A DNA stretch of 62,953 bases, the filler included, from Chiloscyllium plagiosum (lineage: Eukaryota), in NCBI RefSeq assembly GCF_004010195.1. It is 3 parts of one record of this genome, joined end to end, with 100 filler letters (N's around TTAATTAATTAA, not from the genome) between each part and the next. Parts side by side here need not be neighbours in the genome. Positions count along the whole stretch, not along the records: positions 30,344 to 56,449 come from NC_057710.1; 2 more parts are not named here. One strand, given 5' to 3'. Below, piece after piece: positions 37,058 through 50,529 of the stretch (position 1 is the first letter of the stretch; each line of letters starts with the position of its first letter). The notes beneath the pieces are model-generated. The model had not been told where the DNA came from, did not search any database, and saw only the letters and a list, made by a program, of their open reading frames with translations. Both the position numbers and the translations under genes were made by a program.

Positions 37058-38879
37058 CTTCCAAATAAACCTGTTGGGCTATAACCTGGTGTTGTGTGAT
37101 CACATTTGCATGTAGTGTACTTGAAACAGGAAAAGTAGCAAGTGCTGCATTCCTGTATCTCCATTGCAATCAGGTGCTTTTAGTAGCTTGATTGGGTGGT
37201 CTTCTGGTTCATTTGATTTTAATTTGTTGATAGTAATCCTGACTTTATGAAAAGCTGTTTAACTGTCCTCAATTTGAGATTTTATCCCACACTAAATATC
37301 AACTTTTATTTCTCCATTATTGAGATTACCAGTGTACACAGTATTTGGTAAGACAGAATTGTACCACCGATAACTTAGTCATTTTCCACGTTCAAAATTT
37401 CCCTCTTGGATCAACAAGTTCTTTATACCAATTAAGTGGTTTGTCATGTGCTTGAAGGGCATTAACAGATCATTATCACAGGATTATTGTGATTGGCTGC
37501 AAGTTTTCCTGTTATCACTAATGAACTCATGTTCTCACAAAGTGCACGCTTCCTCAGTTTCATTGGCAGTTCATTAAATCTTCTCCTGTTTTCAATAAAA
37601 TGGAAATTCTGAATCTTTATTTTATGCTTCTTCCAGCCAGTTTATGAAGTGGAAGATAATTTATTAAAGGCAGGTGATGAGAGGTAACACTCATGGTTAT
37701 CATAGCTTGAGGCAGCAGGTTACCAAGTGTTACTTTATTTAATGATTAACGTGATTAATTTTTATTTGCTTCTATGCTTCTAGATTACAAAAGAAAATGA
37801 TCTTAAGTTCTTCCCTCCTGTCTATTCTTCTGAGATTATGTGAGTTGGCAAACTCAGTAAAATAACAAATTAAAATTGCATTTTGAAATTTCGATACTTT
37901 GTGACCAAGACGAGAAGTGATGTTTCATGCCAGCTCCTTCCATAACCCCAAGCTTGAAAACTCCGGTTAAGGCTGGAACAGAAATCCTGACTTCAGATGA
38001 GCCATGTTAAATGATTAAGAATCACCTTTACAGACAGAGCAAGCTCACAACACAAAAATGATCTACCGTAGTTTCTGATAATGTATGTCCATTAGTCTGG
38101 CTGGGTATTTTTCAAGGTCTATTTGGCTGATATCTGGGAAATTCCTCCAACATATGTGCCAAAGTATGTCCATTGGTGGCTTCCACTCACTGAACTATCC
38201 AAGGTGTGGAAGGCCACCTCATCGGAAGATATATTTTGGGCACTGCACATTGTGAACACCTTTGACTCCATGAGAAAGACATAATTTGTCATTTGTTATT
38301 AGCCACCAATGCCATTGCAGAATTAATTATTTTTGCTGCCTCAGTTAGCTATCTCCACAAGATAGCTGAAGGGAGTGTTCAAGAAGATTGGTCTAATATC
38401 CACTATTCTGAGTTTCCTAGATTCATTCCTGTGTACAGGGAACTTAATACAAAGAGGATTTCAGCATTTCCAGCACATGACCATCCTCAAAAGATGGATT
38501 GTCTGAAAGGTGAACAGAAGTTCTAGCCTCAGCACCAATCTGAGCTCACTGTTGCATCTGAACCAGAAGATTACAGGTTACATCCCATTCTGGAGGCTTG
38601 AGCACATCATCTCAGCCAACACATCAGTGAAGCATTGAGGAAACTCTGCACTGAAGAGATGTTGACTTTTTATGAGATACACAAGAAATAGGAACTGGAG
38701 TGGCCCATTTGGCTCCTTAAACCTGGTCAATAAGTTCATGACTGTCCAGATCGTAATCTCAAATCCACTCTTCCATCTGACAGCCATGGTGACCCTTGAT
38801 TCCCTTGTCAATCAAAAAATCTATTTAACTCACAGCTCTTAAACTCTCTAATGTGGGATAAAAGCTTTCTATTTTATTG

Positions 38880-39095
38880 AAACATAAGGAGGAATATTCC
38901 TGGTGTGTCAACTAACATTGACTAACAGAACTAAAATGAATTAAGCTCATAATTTAGTTCATTGATTTTGTGAAACCTTGTCCTCAAATTGGCTCCTCTT
39001 TTTGCCTGAATTCTAACACATTAAACATGATGCATTAGCTATGAAACATTTTGTAGGCTACTGAGGTTGCAAAAGGTACTATATAAATGCAACGT
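38880..39095 (+). mobile_element. Ancient DeuSINE-like (SacSINE1/AmnSINE1-type) 3' fragment
   Basis: Tail cattagctatgaaacattttg...ctgaggttgcaaaaggtactatataaatgcaa. Confidence 0.5.
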
Positions 39096-41934
39096 ATGCA
39101 TTCTTCCAAATTAGAAATTCTTCCTTTTTAATTCTCCATATACACCCAAACCTGCAGCATAGACTGAAACAGAATGCACTCAGGTTCTGAATTATGTCCC
39201 ACCCTTCACTGCACCCCTTCTACAGCTACATATACCCGAAATATCCTTTCTTGCCACAAATATTTCTTCACTAACACACGTTATTTAATCACTAGCATTC
39301 TCCACTTGAGGGGTTTCTCTTGAATCAAGAAACATTGCAAGATTCAGCACAACTTGATAGTAGTGCAAGGCCTGGACTTAACCAGCTTGAGATTTCAATG
39401 CAATATTGCTTTTTAGGAAAGACATCAAGCCTTCTGTCGATCACATTGCGGTCATTGATGCCATACCATTTTGTCAAGACATGTAGAGTATCCTGTAATA
39501 TTTATCCTGCAGCCATTGTGTCCAAAACAACAGATGAACTAGTCAGTTTCTCATTGCTATTTTTGAATTATCCAGGTATGTGAAATTTGCTGCCACTTTT
39601 GTCTGCACAACAGTACTTATATTGTAAAAGTAATTATTTACAAATGTTGCATATAAAATGGCCTGATGGTATGGAAAGATATTTGAAAAGGAAGTTTTAT
39701 TTTTTTAACTGAATTTGTAGGATTCCTGATTCATAATGGGAATGACTTAAGTTCAATTTCCACTGTGGGACTTGGAATGCTCAACTTAAAACAGACTAAC
39801 ACTGAAAAATGCAACTTACAAGAACACTTAATAACCACCTCATAGGTAGCTCTTGTGACAAAACGTCCATCTCCCACATTGGTCTCTTCAACAAGAATGT
39901 ACCTTGTAAACTATCCCATCACCAATCTGTTTGCTGGATGTCTGTCATCTCCCATAGAGGAAAGGATGCTGAGGAGGAAGTTTAGAACAGAATTGCAAGT
40001 TTTTTTGCACTGATTAGCACATATCATTATGTAACAAGCTCTGCTTGCCAGAGGTTTTAATATTTGTTAGAATGAGTTTCTTTATTCCAAATGCACTTAG
40101 AGGAGCAATGCAGTTGTTCAAGATATTTTTCTTTGTGAAAGGAATTCACTTATCAATTGCTTCTTATGAACTGCAATTTTTATCTAAATGGAGCCTTTTC
40201 CATGAAAATCACAACTTGTTATGAACATGCTGCCGACTTCAAATTCAGAGCAAGGGACCACTTTGAAGCTGTGCACTTGTAGGTAAATCAAACATCAAAA
40301 AATAAAATGACAGCATGAGTTAATATATTACTATTTATGATTGTTCAATGTTTAGGATAGGGTGGGGGTAGTGGGGGAGAGGAGCCAGGAGTGTTGGGAA
40401 GAGGTAGATTTGTGCTGTACGCAGAGTCATTGTGTTAAACATCAGTAAAAAGCAGGTTGAAAATGTCAGGAGCCATGTTCAAAAGCATTCTCATTGAAAT
40501 GATTAAAGATGTGGAAAAGAACTCCATAAAATATAGTAGTATGTTTTCATGGAGTTAAGAGTTAAGCCTTAAGGCCTATTATTAACTGAGTTCATCGAGT
40601 TAAAATCACTATGCCATTCAGAAGACCACATAAAATAGCACAAGTTAATTCAAGAATGGAATTACTATGAGACTGCATGGCTAGAACAGGAGCAGTTTTT
40701 TGACATCCAATTTTGTTGGCTTACCAGAGTGAAGCGGCTGTATTTTTATTGACATTTGATATATTGCACTGTCCCCATATGATAAGCTGTGTAATCCCTG
40801 TAAAAGTACAGTATCTGGTCAATTAGTAGAGTGTCTGGCTTCAAGACAGACAAGCTGACGTAAACTCCTCGGAAGAAATGTAAATCTCTGCCTGTGGGAA
40901 TATACCTTGGCTTACAGTATTCAGCTTGGTCTGCTAACAAAAAATCCGACAGCAATCAACGGCTCCATTCTGGATACAAGTCGCAGCTCAGAAGGTGAGA
41001 AAGGGAAAAGCATTGTTCCTCTGCTCTGCTGCATTTGGCAAATATTTAAATCCATCAAAACAAATTTGAGTTGTAGTGGTTATGTTAGTCGACTGAAATA
41101 TAACAGTGGCCTGCTGGTGAGTACATCAGAGCCAATCATTCAGAATGCTTAACTCAGTGCAGTTCAGGGATAGGTTCCCCTTGATCATCAGAAGATGCAA
41201 AATTTAACTGCAGATTACCAAAATCTGAGTTAAAACAGACCAGCAATCCTCCTTCACATAAAGCTCATCAAGGAATAAGTTTATCTTTCATCCACAGAAA
41301 CACAATAATATTAAGATTAATTTATTTTCACCTTACCATCTGCTTAATTTCAGCTCAAATTTCTATTTACAATCTCTTCTCCAACATAAACATCTCAACC
41401 ATAAAGGTTAAAGTAGAAGGTAAACAGAAAACAAAGGAAAATGTTAAGGTCACTCACCTGGGAGAGGTGAGTTATAGCCATTGGTTACCCTTTGCAATAT
41501 ATTAAAATTGGTGATATGAACACAAGCTCATTTGTTTTAGACTAAAAATAATGTTGGTTACTAAGAATAGGATATTCTAGTCCTTAATAAACAAAAGCTT
41601 CCAATTTTCTCTCCTCCTTTCCAGCAGGCTGACTCAGACTGGACTTTGCCTTCACAGTTCAGGATTTTTGTCCACTGTTTGTAGCAAAACAGCATTCACA
41701 AATACAAGAAATTTTGCCATGAACTGTAATCTGTGCCTTTATAGATTACATGAATGGGGTATATTGGCACTTCCATTTAAGTTATAATATAAAGGTCTAG
41801 AAGCCATGTGGGATACCCACTGTGCTTTCCTGTACATTTTGAAGGTGGATAAACATTAACCTGCAAACAATTACATTTCGATTCAAACTAATATGTTTAT
41901 TTGTTTCTAATAGGATTATGCTCAGAACAGCAAT

Positions 41935-42325
41935 ATGCCTTGCATTTATATTGCATCCTTCATTCTTCAGAACATCACCACATAATTTACAGCCAAAGAA
42001 ATTATTATTGAAGTGTGATCATTTCAAGTGCAGAAGTGCATCGGTCAATTTGAATATAGCAAGGTCTGAGAAACGGCAGCATGAAAATAATCCAAGAGTC
42101 CAATGTTGTTTTGGGTGGGAATATTGCTCAGGACACTGAGGAACTGCCACAATCTTCTTCTTTTATGGCCATCTGAGAGACTAACCAGTACCTGGTTTAC
42201 TGATATCCAAAATGTAGCAGCTCCTCAGTACTCCACTGAATTTGCTGCTTTCATCTTTAGAATGGGGCTTGAACAGAGAACCTTCCAACTCGGAGACAAA
42301 AGTGCTACCAATTGAGTTATAGCTG
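41935..42325 (-). mobile_element. Ancient DeuSINE-like element, near full length
   Basis: Minus-strand tRNA-like head (cagctataactcaattggtagcac...gttcaagcccc), central gtgtcctgagcaatatt domain, tail aatataaatgca. Confidence 0.6.
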
Positions 42326-44529
42326 GCAACGTGAGAGCAGTTAAGGTAAAATAACTTCACAAAGGGTTAAGTATTCTTTTTAAACTAATATATCTAAACA
42401 CGTTTATTTTGCCACTTGATATTTGGATGAAAGAAGCTTACGTGTTACATTACAATGCTGCTCATGGCATTTTGGTTCTACTGTTGACCTGCAGAGTTCA
42501 AGAACTGGCTTCTCATCGTTGAGGTGGAGATTGAAAACTTTTCTAAAATCTATGACTATGCCTCTGATGTGACAATATTAGCTGGTAGGATTTCATCTGC
42601 CAGCAGTAGGGATGGCTTCAAGTGGAGACAGAGGAGGGTTGATGTGAAAGTACTCAGAATTTTTTTTAGAAAGCACGACACCCTATTCCTTTCACAGAGA
42701 TGTCACACAATAGTATAAAGTCCCTCATCCATAAACCACTCAATCTCACCCCTTACCCACCCTCACGCCCCTCCTCACTCCGTTTCCACTCCCATTTCTC
42801 CTTACCACCCTACCTCCCTCAGCAATCCACTCTCCAACCCATTCATCTAGCACCATCTCAAAGCAGAACACATGCTTTAGAACCATATTGAAGTCTTTGT
42901 TAAACTCATAAATTTGTCAAAATGATCAAAAATCACTTGAAGAGTCATCCAAAGAAAAATCTTCTTCAGCTGTTCATATATCTGTCAAAATACTCAAGCT
43001 CACATTCCACTGGCCATCCATTTAAAACAAAATCCCTTATGCAGAGGGATATTAATGGATTTGAAGGCATCCAACCGTCAAGCTGGTATACTCCCTCAAA
43101 ATAATGCAAAATCCTGAAGAACAGAATCCATGAAACCATACAAGACAGCCAAACAAATAGCTGAGATGTTCTTTAAAGATTCCGTAAAAGCCATGAGGAG
43201 AATACAGACAATCAGCTCTGGACTTCACAATGGACTATGCTTTACATATTGTACAATGCAGAGTAGTATGTTGTCCAGATGATAATTTAGCTTAATTTAT
43301 GTGAAGACTTTTCCACTTGGACAATTTGTTCTTTCATTTGACAGCTTCTTAATTATCAGAAGTAACAACACGGCAGCCATATTACTTAATGGGCAATCAT
43401 ATTTTCCAAACATAGCACTGTCATAACTCATTGCAGTAAACATAAAATTCTGTAACCTCATTTCTTTTAATAATGAAATTCAAAAGAGTAATAGCATTTC
43501 TACTCATCGTTAGACCGTTTCTGGTTCCGATCCATATCTCAATCAGATATAATTTAGAAAGGCTTCTCGATCACCTTGCTGAAAATTGTCAAAGTTATTA
43601 AATGACCATTTCTACAATGGTGCCAGGACCTTTAAAATACAGTGTGTCCTGTTCCCATCACATTCCCTGTTATTTCTGCTGAAAACAGTTAGAGACAGAA
43701 ATGGGTTCAGGACTCCAGATTCATGTTTCAGCCGCCTTCTTTTTCACCCACCTTAGTCTATGCAGTTGTAAATTGGGAAAACAGGCCCTAACTGTCAATT
43801 TCTGGCATTGTGAAAAGGTGGTCATACATATTCCATACAAAATAGCGTCTGATTAGTGAGTTGTGAGGCAATCAAATTCAAGGCACAGTGATAACAGTTT
43901 ATGTTTTATTCTGCTGAACTAATAGTCATATATTGGCTGTTTAACATGGACCCTTTGAAATGTCCGATAATGTATATTTTAGACTGTTTCTGTAACAAAC
44001 ATTCCTTAATAGTTAATGAGTTCTTCTGCAGATTTATAGACTTCCAAACAAAATTATTATTTTGACTGATTGTATAAGGTGAATTTAGTAAATACCTATT
44101 GTCCTCTAACAGGTTGTTTAAATGAGAATCAAGTATCAGTCCAGGCTGATTTACATTTCACAATTAATTGGGCACTGGTCTCCATTACAAAGCTTTATTT
44201 TAAGTCCAGACCACTAAGTTCTAAACATAAATGTCCCCATTTAAAATAAAAATAGCTATTTAAGTTAACACACACAAGTGCATCAATGCCCAACCTCCAG
44301 TTTCTTGACAATTAGTTGCTCCTCCTGATCAAAAATACAGCTTGTGGCAGACAATATTACAATCCCAGGTGAACCTGATCCAGTGTTCTCTGATATCCAA
44401 ACATGCGCACTAAGATTTTTGCATAGAGGCTATTTGGACACAAGGTCCAGAATAGTCAACCTGACTGGGAAATTTTGACTGTTCTGTAGTCCCCAGCCCA
44501 GTGGTGATGAGTGATATGCTAAGATTAGT

Positions 44530-44677
44530 TAGCAGGCATCTGGATGGATTCATGAAATAGGAAGGGTTTACAGGGATATGGGCCAAATGCTGACAATTGG
44601 GAGCAGATCAGTTTAGGATATCTGGTCAGCATGGGCGAGTTTGACTGAAGGATCTGTTTCTGTGCTTTATGACTCTA
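44530..44677 (+). mobile_element. CR1/HER1 3' end only
   Basis: ggcatctggatgg...ggatatgggccaaatgc...ttatgactcta. Confidence 0.75.
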
Positions 44678-45840
44678 GGCTGTAGTCCATTTGAATCAGT
44701 GCAGTGATTGTATTAACAAAGTTATCAGCCCACATTGCGCAGAGGTAGGTTTTACATTTCATCCTATTCACAATCCTGAGTAATGTGAATGAACAAGGAT
44801 ATAGTGACCCAAAATTCATCTAAAATTAGCCATTTAATCTCCTTTTGGCATTTGTCAGTCACTAATCATATTTCAGTGAGAATACTTGTTCTTCAGGAGT
44901 GATATTAAGCTTCGATGGTGGAGATTTATTTTTAATGTCTGGGTTCCTGACAGCCTGTATGGTGAGAACAACATGAAATAATTGTACCCTTACAGTAAGC
45001 TGTATTTTAAAATATAATTGATTATGTTTCCATTTAAACAAATGAAAATCAGATTTTGTCAGTGTAGGGTGCTAGCAATGTAATTCAAAGAGTACATGTG
45101 GCACTAAAAATGATGGAATATTCCCAGATGAATATTTTGTTATCCATTAGTAAATTATGTGACCTTGTGGCACTGATATTCATGAGTGTTCCTCAGTTAT
45201 TTCCCTTTTCTCATGGAGACACTGACTCATACTGAAGCTCTGTTGATCTCCTCTCCATCTTTCATTCAGCCGTTCTTCCCATAACTGGCTATTTGATCCA
45301 AGGGGTTTCACAGCAAGGATATAGCTTGAAGTCCACACATGTGTAACTTGTGGAAGATGAAACTAGGTCAGGATAGGGTTGGAGACCAATGTGCCCTCTC
45401 AGCTGCACAGATGAGTGCTAATGCAACAGTGTGAACACATTGGGAATGAATAAGCTAAGCACAAACATTGAAATGCACACATGGATGTCCGCAGGGCAAT
45501 CTGAAAGGGACTTTGCAGTGCAACAAACACTTCTGCAGGCATTAGCAGAAGTTAAAGGGAACCCCATGGCTGGCAACCCTTATTTTTACTGGTTTTCATG
45601 ATATATCCTTTCTCATGGCTGACACACAATGCAATTTCTTTAACATTTTGATTATAAAATATCATAATGTACTCATGACGGTTAGTATTCCCATACATAC
45701 ACTTTATATTTATTAATAGAAAATCTCGGCTCAGGAGTACAATCCTTGCCACTAACTTCAAACACCATTCTGGAACTTGTTCATGTAATCCAGGCTGACA
45801 ATCCATTGCAACCAATGAAGAATTCCTGCACTGTTGGAGA

Positions 45841-46048
45841 TACAGTCGGTTCTGGTACAACGTGTTTGTCTTCAATGCGAATTGGCTTTAACGTGTTTGA
45901 AGAATTTAGACCCCGAGTTTTCCATACCTGTATTGGTCATCACGCAATTCTGACCCCATTAGTTTAAATGGTGCAGCTATTGCGTGATTTTCTTTTAACG
46001 CGAGACCACACGAAATTGGAGCTATCGTGTTGTATCAGAACTGACGTA
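45841..46048. mobile_element. Tc1/mariner-pogo (Tigger-like) MITE
   Basis: Imperfect TIRs TA-cagtcggttctggtacaac and gttgtatcagaactgacg-TA, flanked by TA. Confidence 0.65.
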
Positions 46049-46059
46049 CAGCTTTAATT

Positions 46060-46345
46060 TGAGATGTTCAACTGAGACTCTGCCATCCTCACAATAGAGG
46101 GCCCTATCTGAAGAAGAGAAGGGAAATTTACTTGTTGCCTTAATCATTACTTATCTCGCAGCCAATATTCATTAAACAGTTTATAAGTTCATTTGTTTCA
46201 AAGCAGTTTGTGGACTTACGTTGAGTGCAAAGTGGTTGCTATCTTTGCTTGTGTTATAATCGTAATGATGCATCAAAATTACTTAATTGGTTGTGAAGTG
46301 CTTTGGAAGGTATTGAGGCCAATGCATGATATAGTGCAAAATATT
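46060..46345 (+). mobile_element. Ancient DeuSINE-like fragment
   Basis: gagatgttcaactgagactc...gaagaagagaaggga...cttaattggttgtgaagtgctttggaagg. Confidence 0.5.
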
Positions 46346-47931
46346 TCTATCACAAGGTCAAGTCTCTTCTAAGTATAGCTTATTGGCATGGCACAAATAT
46401 CACAAACCTAATTAATTAACCTTTATTCATTTTTTGTGCAATCAGCTCCCAAAATAAATTCCCCATAAATTATTTCATCCATCTTTGTAAATAAAAATAA
46501 AAAACAAAGCAGACCAATCAGGACCTAAAAAAGGAAAAATCAAACGTACCTCTTAGATGCTGTTTCTGCCTCTTAACTGAAAATTGAGGTATAAGCAAGT
46601 TTTTTTTATTGCAATTGAATGCATGGATTATTTTAGATTTCCAACTTATGTGGCATTTCTTTTTTATCACCACTGAGAACATTTCAATGTCTTCATCTTG
46701 ATCAGTTAGCATCGCAAACTTCCGTACGCACTACATCTTAACTCGAGACAGCAACGATGATGTTTAATGGAAATGCACATATATTGATAGATTTGCCTTT
46801 TCAATTACTATGCACTTCTGAACCTGCTCTCGTTTTCTCCAGATAACTGCTGCGTGCTGTACATTGTCTGAGTGGATATCTTCTGTAGTTATATCTGACA
46901 GATCAGTGGAAATGATTCAGCTTGAAAAACTGAAGTAAAGTAACTAAGCGCAGGCATTACAATTGGCTTTGCTTTAAAATAATTACTAGGCACAACCGAG
47001 TCTTCTTATTTTTGTCTGTCCTGCCTGTGATCATATATCTACTTATAATAAAAAAAATCCTTGGGGAATATGAGAGGAAGACAAAAAGAAAAGCTGCAAA
47101 AGGAAGAATAATGGAAAAAATAACCTTTCAAAAAATGTGGTGCATACTGAGTTTCTTGACTGATGAACATTTTTAGCATGAATTTCCATTTCATTTAGCT
47201 GTCAGGCTAATGATATGCACTTTGACGGGAGCAGCAAACCATAAAGGCATGAACCAATAGTATTAAACTGAAGCATGTAGACATAGCTCTACAACATATC
47301 CACTGGCCCTTACTTTAAATCCTAAAATGTGCACTGATTCGTATATATTCACTACATATCATATCAAGTCTTTATTCACAGTTCAGTGGAGCAACGAGGC
47401 AAACCTTGTGATATCTAGGTTGTACAACATTCTAATGTTATTTTTCCAGTAATTATTAATTTCTTCCTAATGAGAGCTAATGCTATCAGAATTGTGTTTA
47501 TTCTGTTGAGTATTAACAGATCCAGGAGTTAGTGATCACAGGAAGCAATACAGTCCAGGCAGAAAAATAATGCTGATTGTTATTACAAACAATATGGAAT
47601 ACTGTTATGTTATTTTGAATATATGTGTGTATGGAACTAATAATTGAGTTCAATAAGGAACATCAGCAACCTTTATTAATTACTTTCCCCTCAGCTGCTG
47701 CTAGAGATGCTGATTCTCGTGGAGTGATAATTCAATGCCCACACTCTAGTACTTTCCTCAAGGCCATTTTGATATGAGAATAAAGAGTTGGCAATATATT
47801 TGTTGATAAAGCTCCATAGCAAGGTGTGATCTGGTCTTCATTAGACTTTCACATACTTAGAAAGGTTTAACTCACCTCTGCTGTCCCATTAGGGAGAGAA
47901 AAACAAGGGTCACCATGCCTCAGATGAGGGA

Positions 47932-49480
47932 AGAGTCAGACAGTCATAGAGTTGTCCAGCATGGAAACAGACTCTTCACTCCAACCATATTACCATCTAA
48001 TGTATTCTCACCTGCCTGCATTTGACGTATATTTGTCCAAACCTTTCCTATTTATGTATTTACCAAATGCCCTTTTTATCATTGTAATTGTACCTGCATC
48101 CAACACTTGCTTTGGCAATTCATTCCACATACTAATCATGCTATGTGTTAAAAAAAACGTTGCCCCTCATGTCCTTTTTAAATCATTCTCCTCTCATCTT
48201 AAAAATATGCCCTGTAGTTTTGAACACTTGCAACTTAGGGAAAAGCCCTTTGCTATACACTTTATCTATGCCCTAATGATTTTATAAACTTCTACAAGGT
48301 CACCCGTCAACCTCATTTAATATCTGTCCCATGTCCTGAGGTTCAACACAAAGACAACCTCATTGATCTTTAAGAGACCCTACTTTCTGTTTAGTTGTTG
48401 TTAATATACTTGTAGAAGCTCTTTAGATTACCCTTAACTTTATCTGCCAAGGCTATCTCATATCCCCCCTTTGCCTTTCTGATTTCCCTCTTAAGAATGT
48501 CCCTTACTCTTTATACTCTTCAAAAGATTCATTTGATCCCAGTTGTCCATACCTAATATATATTCTTGACTCGAACCTCAATATCTTTGTTCATCTATTG
48601 TTCCCCAATGTAACCATCCTTACCTTTCACTCTAACAGGAACACTCTAAACTCTCGTTATCGCACTTTTGAAAACCTCCCGCTTGTCAGTCATCAATTTA
48701 TCTGTAAAGAGTCTATTCCAATCACTTTTGAAAGTTCTTGTTGCAAACCATTAAAATTTGCCTTACTTCAATTAGGAGTTTTAACTTTTATGGAAGGCAA
48801 CTTTTTCATAAGTATTTTGAAACTAATAGAATAATGATTACTAGTCCCAAAGTGTTCCCCTAATAATACTTCAGTCACTTGTCCTGCCTTATTTCCCAAG
48901 AGAAGGTCAAGTTTTGCTCCTTCTCTGGTAGGGACGTGTACTTATCGATAAAGAAAATTGTCTTGAATACATTTAAAAGTCCTCACCATCCAAACCTTTA
49001 ACACTATGGTAGTCCTAGTTTGGAAAATCCCCTACTATTACAACCCTATTATTCTTAGATATGTTTGAGATCTAAGTATTTGCTCTTCAATTTCCCTCTG
49101 ACTATTGGGTTATCATCCTTTTCTTACTTCTAATTTCAACCCATTCATTTTCACTGGATGATCCCTCAGAAATATTCTTTCTAATTACATTAATAATGCT
49201 TTCCTTTATCAAAAATGCTGCACTCCCTCCTGTCTTGCTTCCCTTTCTGCCCTTGCTATAGCATCTAAAACCCGGAACATTGAGCTGCCAGTCCTGTCCT
49301 TCCTTCAGCCAAGTTTCTGTTATAGCTATGACGTCCCAGTACTATGTTCCCTAGGTTCCCTACATACCCTGGGTTCATCAGCTTTACCTCTAAGACCCCT
49401 TGCTTTGAAATAAATGCAGTTTAATTCTTCAGAGTTACCTTGTTCTCTGACTTGTTCCTGTCTGTCTTTTCTAATTAACT
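47932..49480 (-). mobile_element. Decayed CR1 pieces (3' end at ~47932-48320, then endonuclease-region fragments)
   Basis: Tail agagtcagacagtcatagag. Similar to 28380-29400. Confidence 0.7.
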
Positions 49481-50126
49481 TGTTGAGAAGGAGAATCAGT
49501 CATGGTGACCTCAACCAGTGAGGGACTTGAACCCACACTCTTCACGCCACTGTACATCGCAAACCAGTCATCCAATCAACCAACGTCCCCTGTATACTCA
49601 CTTTTCCAAAGGAATTACTCAATAGCGATCGGATGTTGGAACCGTAGCTGATTTGTTTTGTTCCATACCCAAGGTGCTGAAACATACTACATTGCCAAAA
49701 ATTGTTGGATTGCCAACAGCAAGGACCAAACAAATTATTTTGTCAATTATAATGAGACTAATGTATGGTTAAAATAGCAGCCAGAAGCTGCTTTCAGTGC
49801 TCCTGACCCATCTGCATTCTCTATCATGTAACTCCATTGATTTCCCCAGGAGAGACATTTGCAAATTCAACTCCAATGTAACCAGAGGACCTCAACAAGG
49901 AGACCATGATTCTCCTGTACCCTAGCTTCTTTCTCCAACTTTGAAGACTGTATAAATCATGGGACTACTGATTCCTACACATTGGTTTCCTTATTATCCT
50001 GATCAGCCTCAGGCAGAAATCTAATTTAAGATATTTTATTGAGATTTGGGAGTTAAAGCTCCCAAGTGTCACAGTACTGGGGGAGCTGCATGGTTCTTCA
50101 CCTGATGAAACCTATCCACACCTAGT

Positions 50127-50450
50127 TTAGATTAGATTAGATTAGATTACTTACAGTGTGGAAACAGGCCCTTTGGCCCAACAAGTCCACACCGACCCGC
50201 CGAAGCGCAACCCACCCAGACCCCTACATTTACCCCTTTAACCTAACACTACGGGCAATTTAGCATGGCCAATTCACCTGACCCGCACATCTTTGGAATG
50301 TGGGAGGAAACCGGAGCACCCGGAGGAAACCCACGCAGACACAGGGAGAATGTGCAAACTCCACACAGACAGTCGCCTGAGGTGGGAACTGAACCCGGGT
50401 CTCTGGCGCTTTGAGGCAGCAGTGCTAACCACTGTGCCACCGTGCCACCC
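50127..50450 (-). mobile_element. Young HE1-type V-SINE
   Basis: (ttaga)4 tail, retained CpGs, head gggtggcacggtggcacagtggttagcactgctgcc. Confidence 0.95.
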
Positions 50451-50529
50451 AAACCTATCTTACCTGACACATGGGCAGATGGTTATCTTCAGTTATCTTG
50501 GCCCCAGTGCTTTAGTGCAGAGACCTGGC

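Noticed and set aside
50096..50115. cacctgatgaaacc as another hammerhead
   Set aside because: CUGAUGA is present, but there is no stem II or downstream GAAA arrangement
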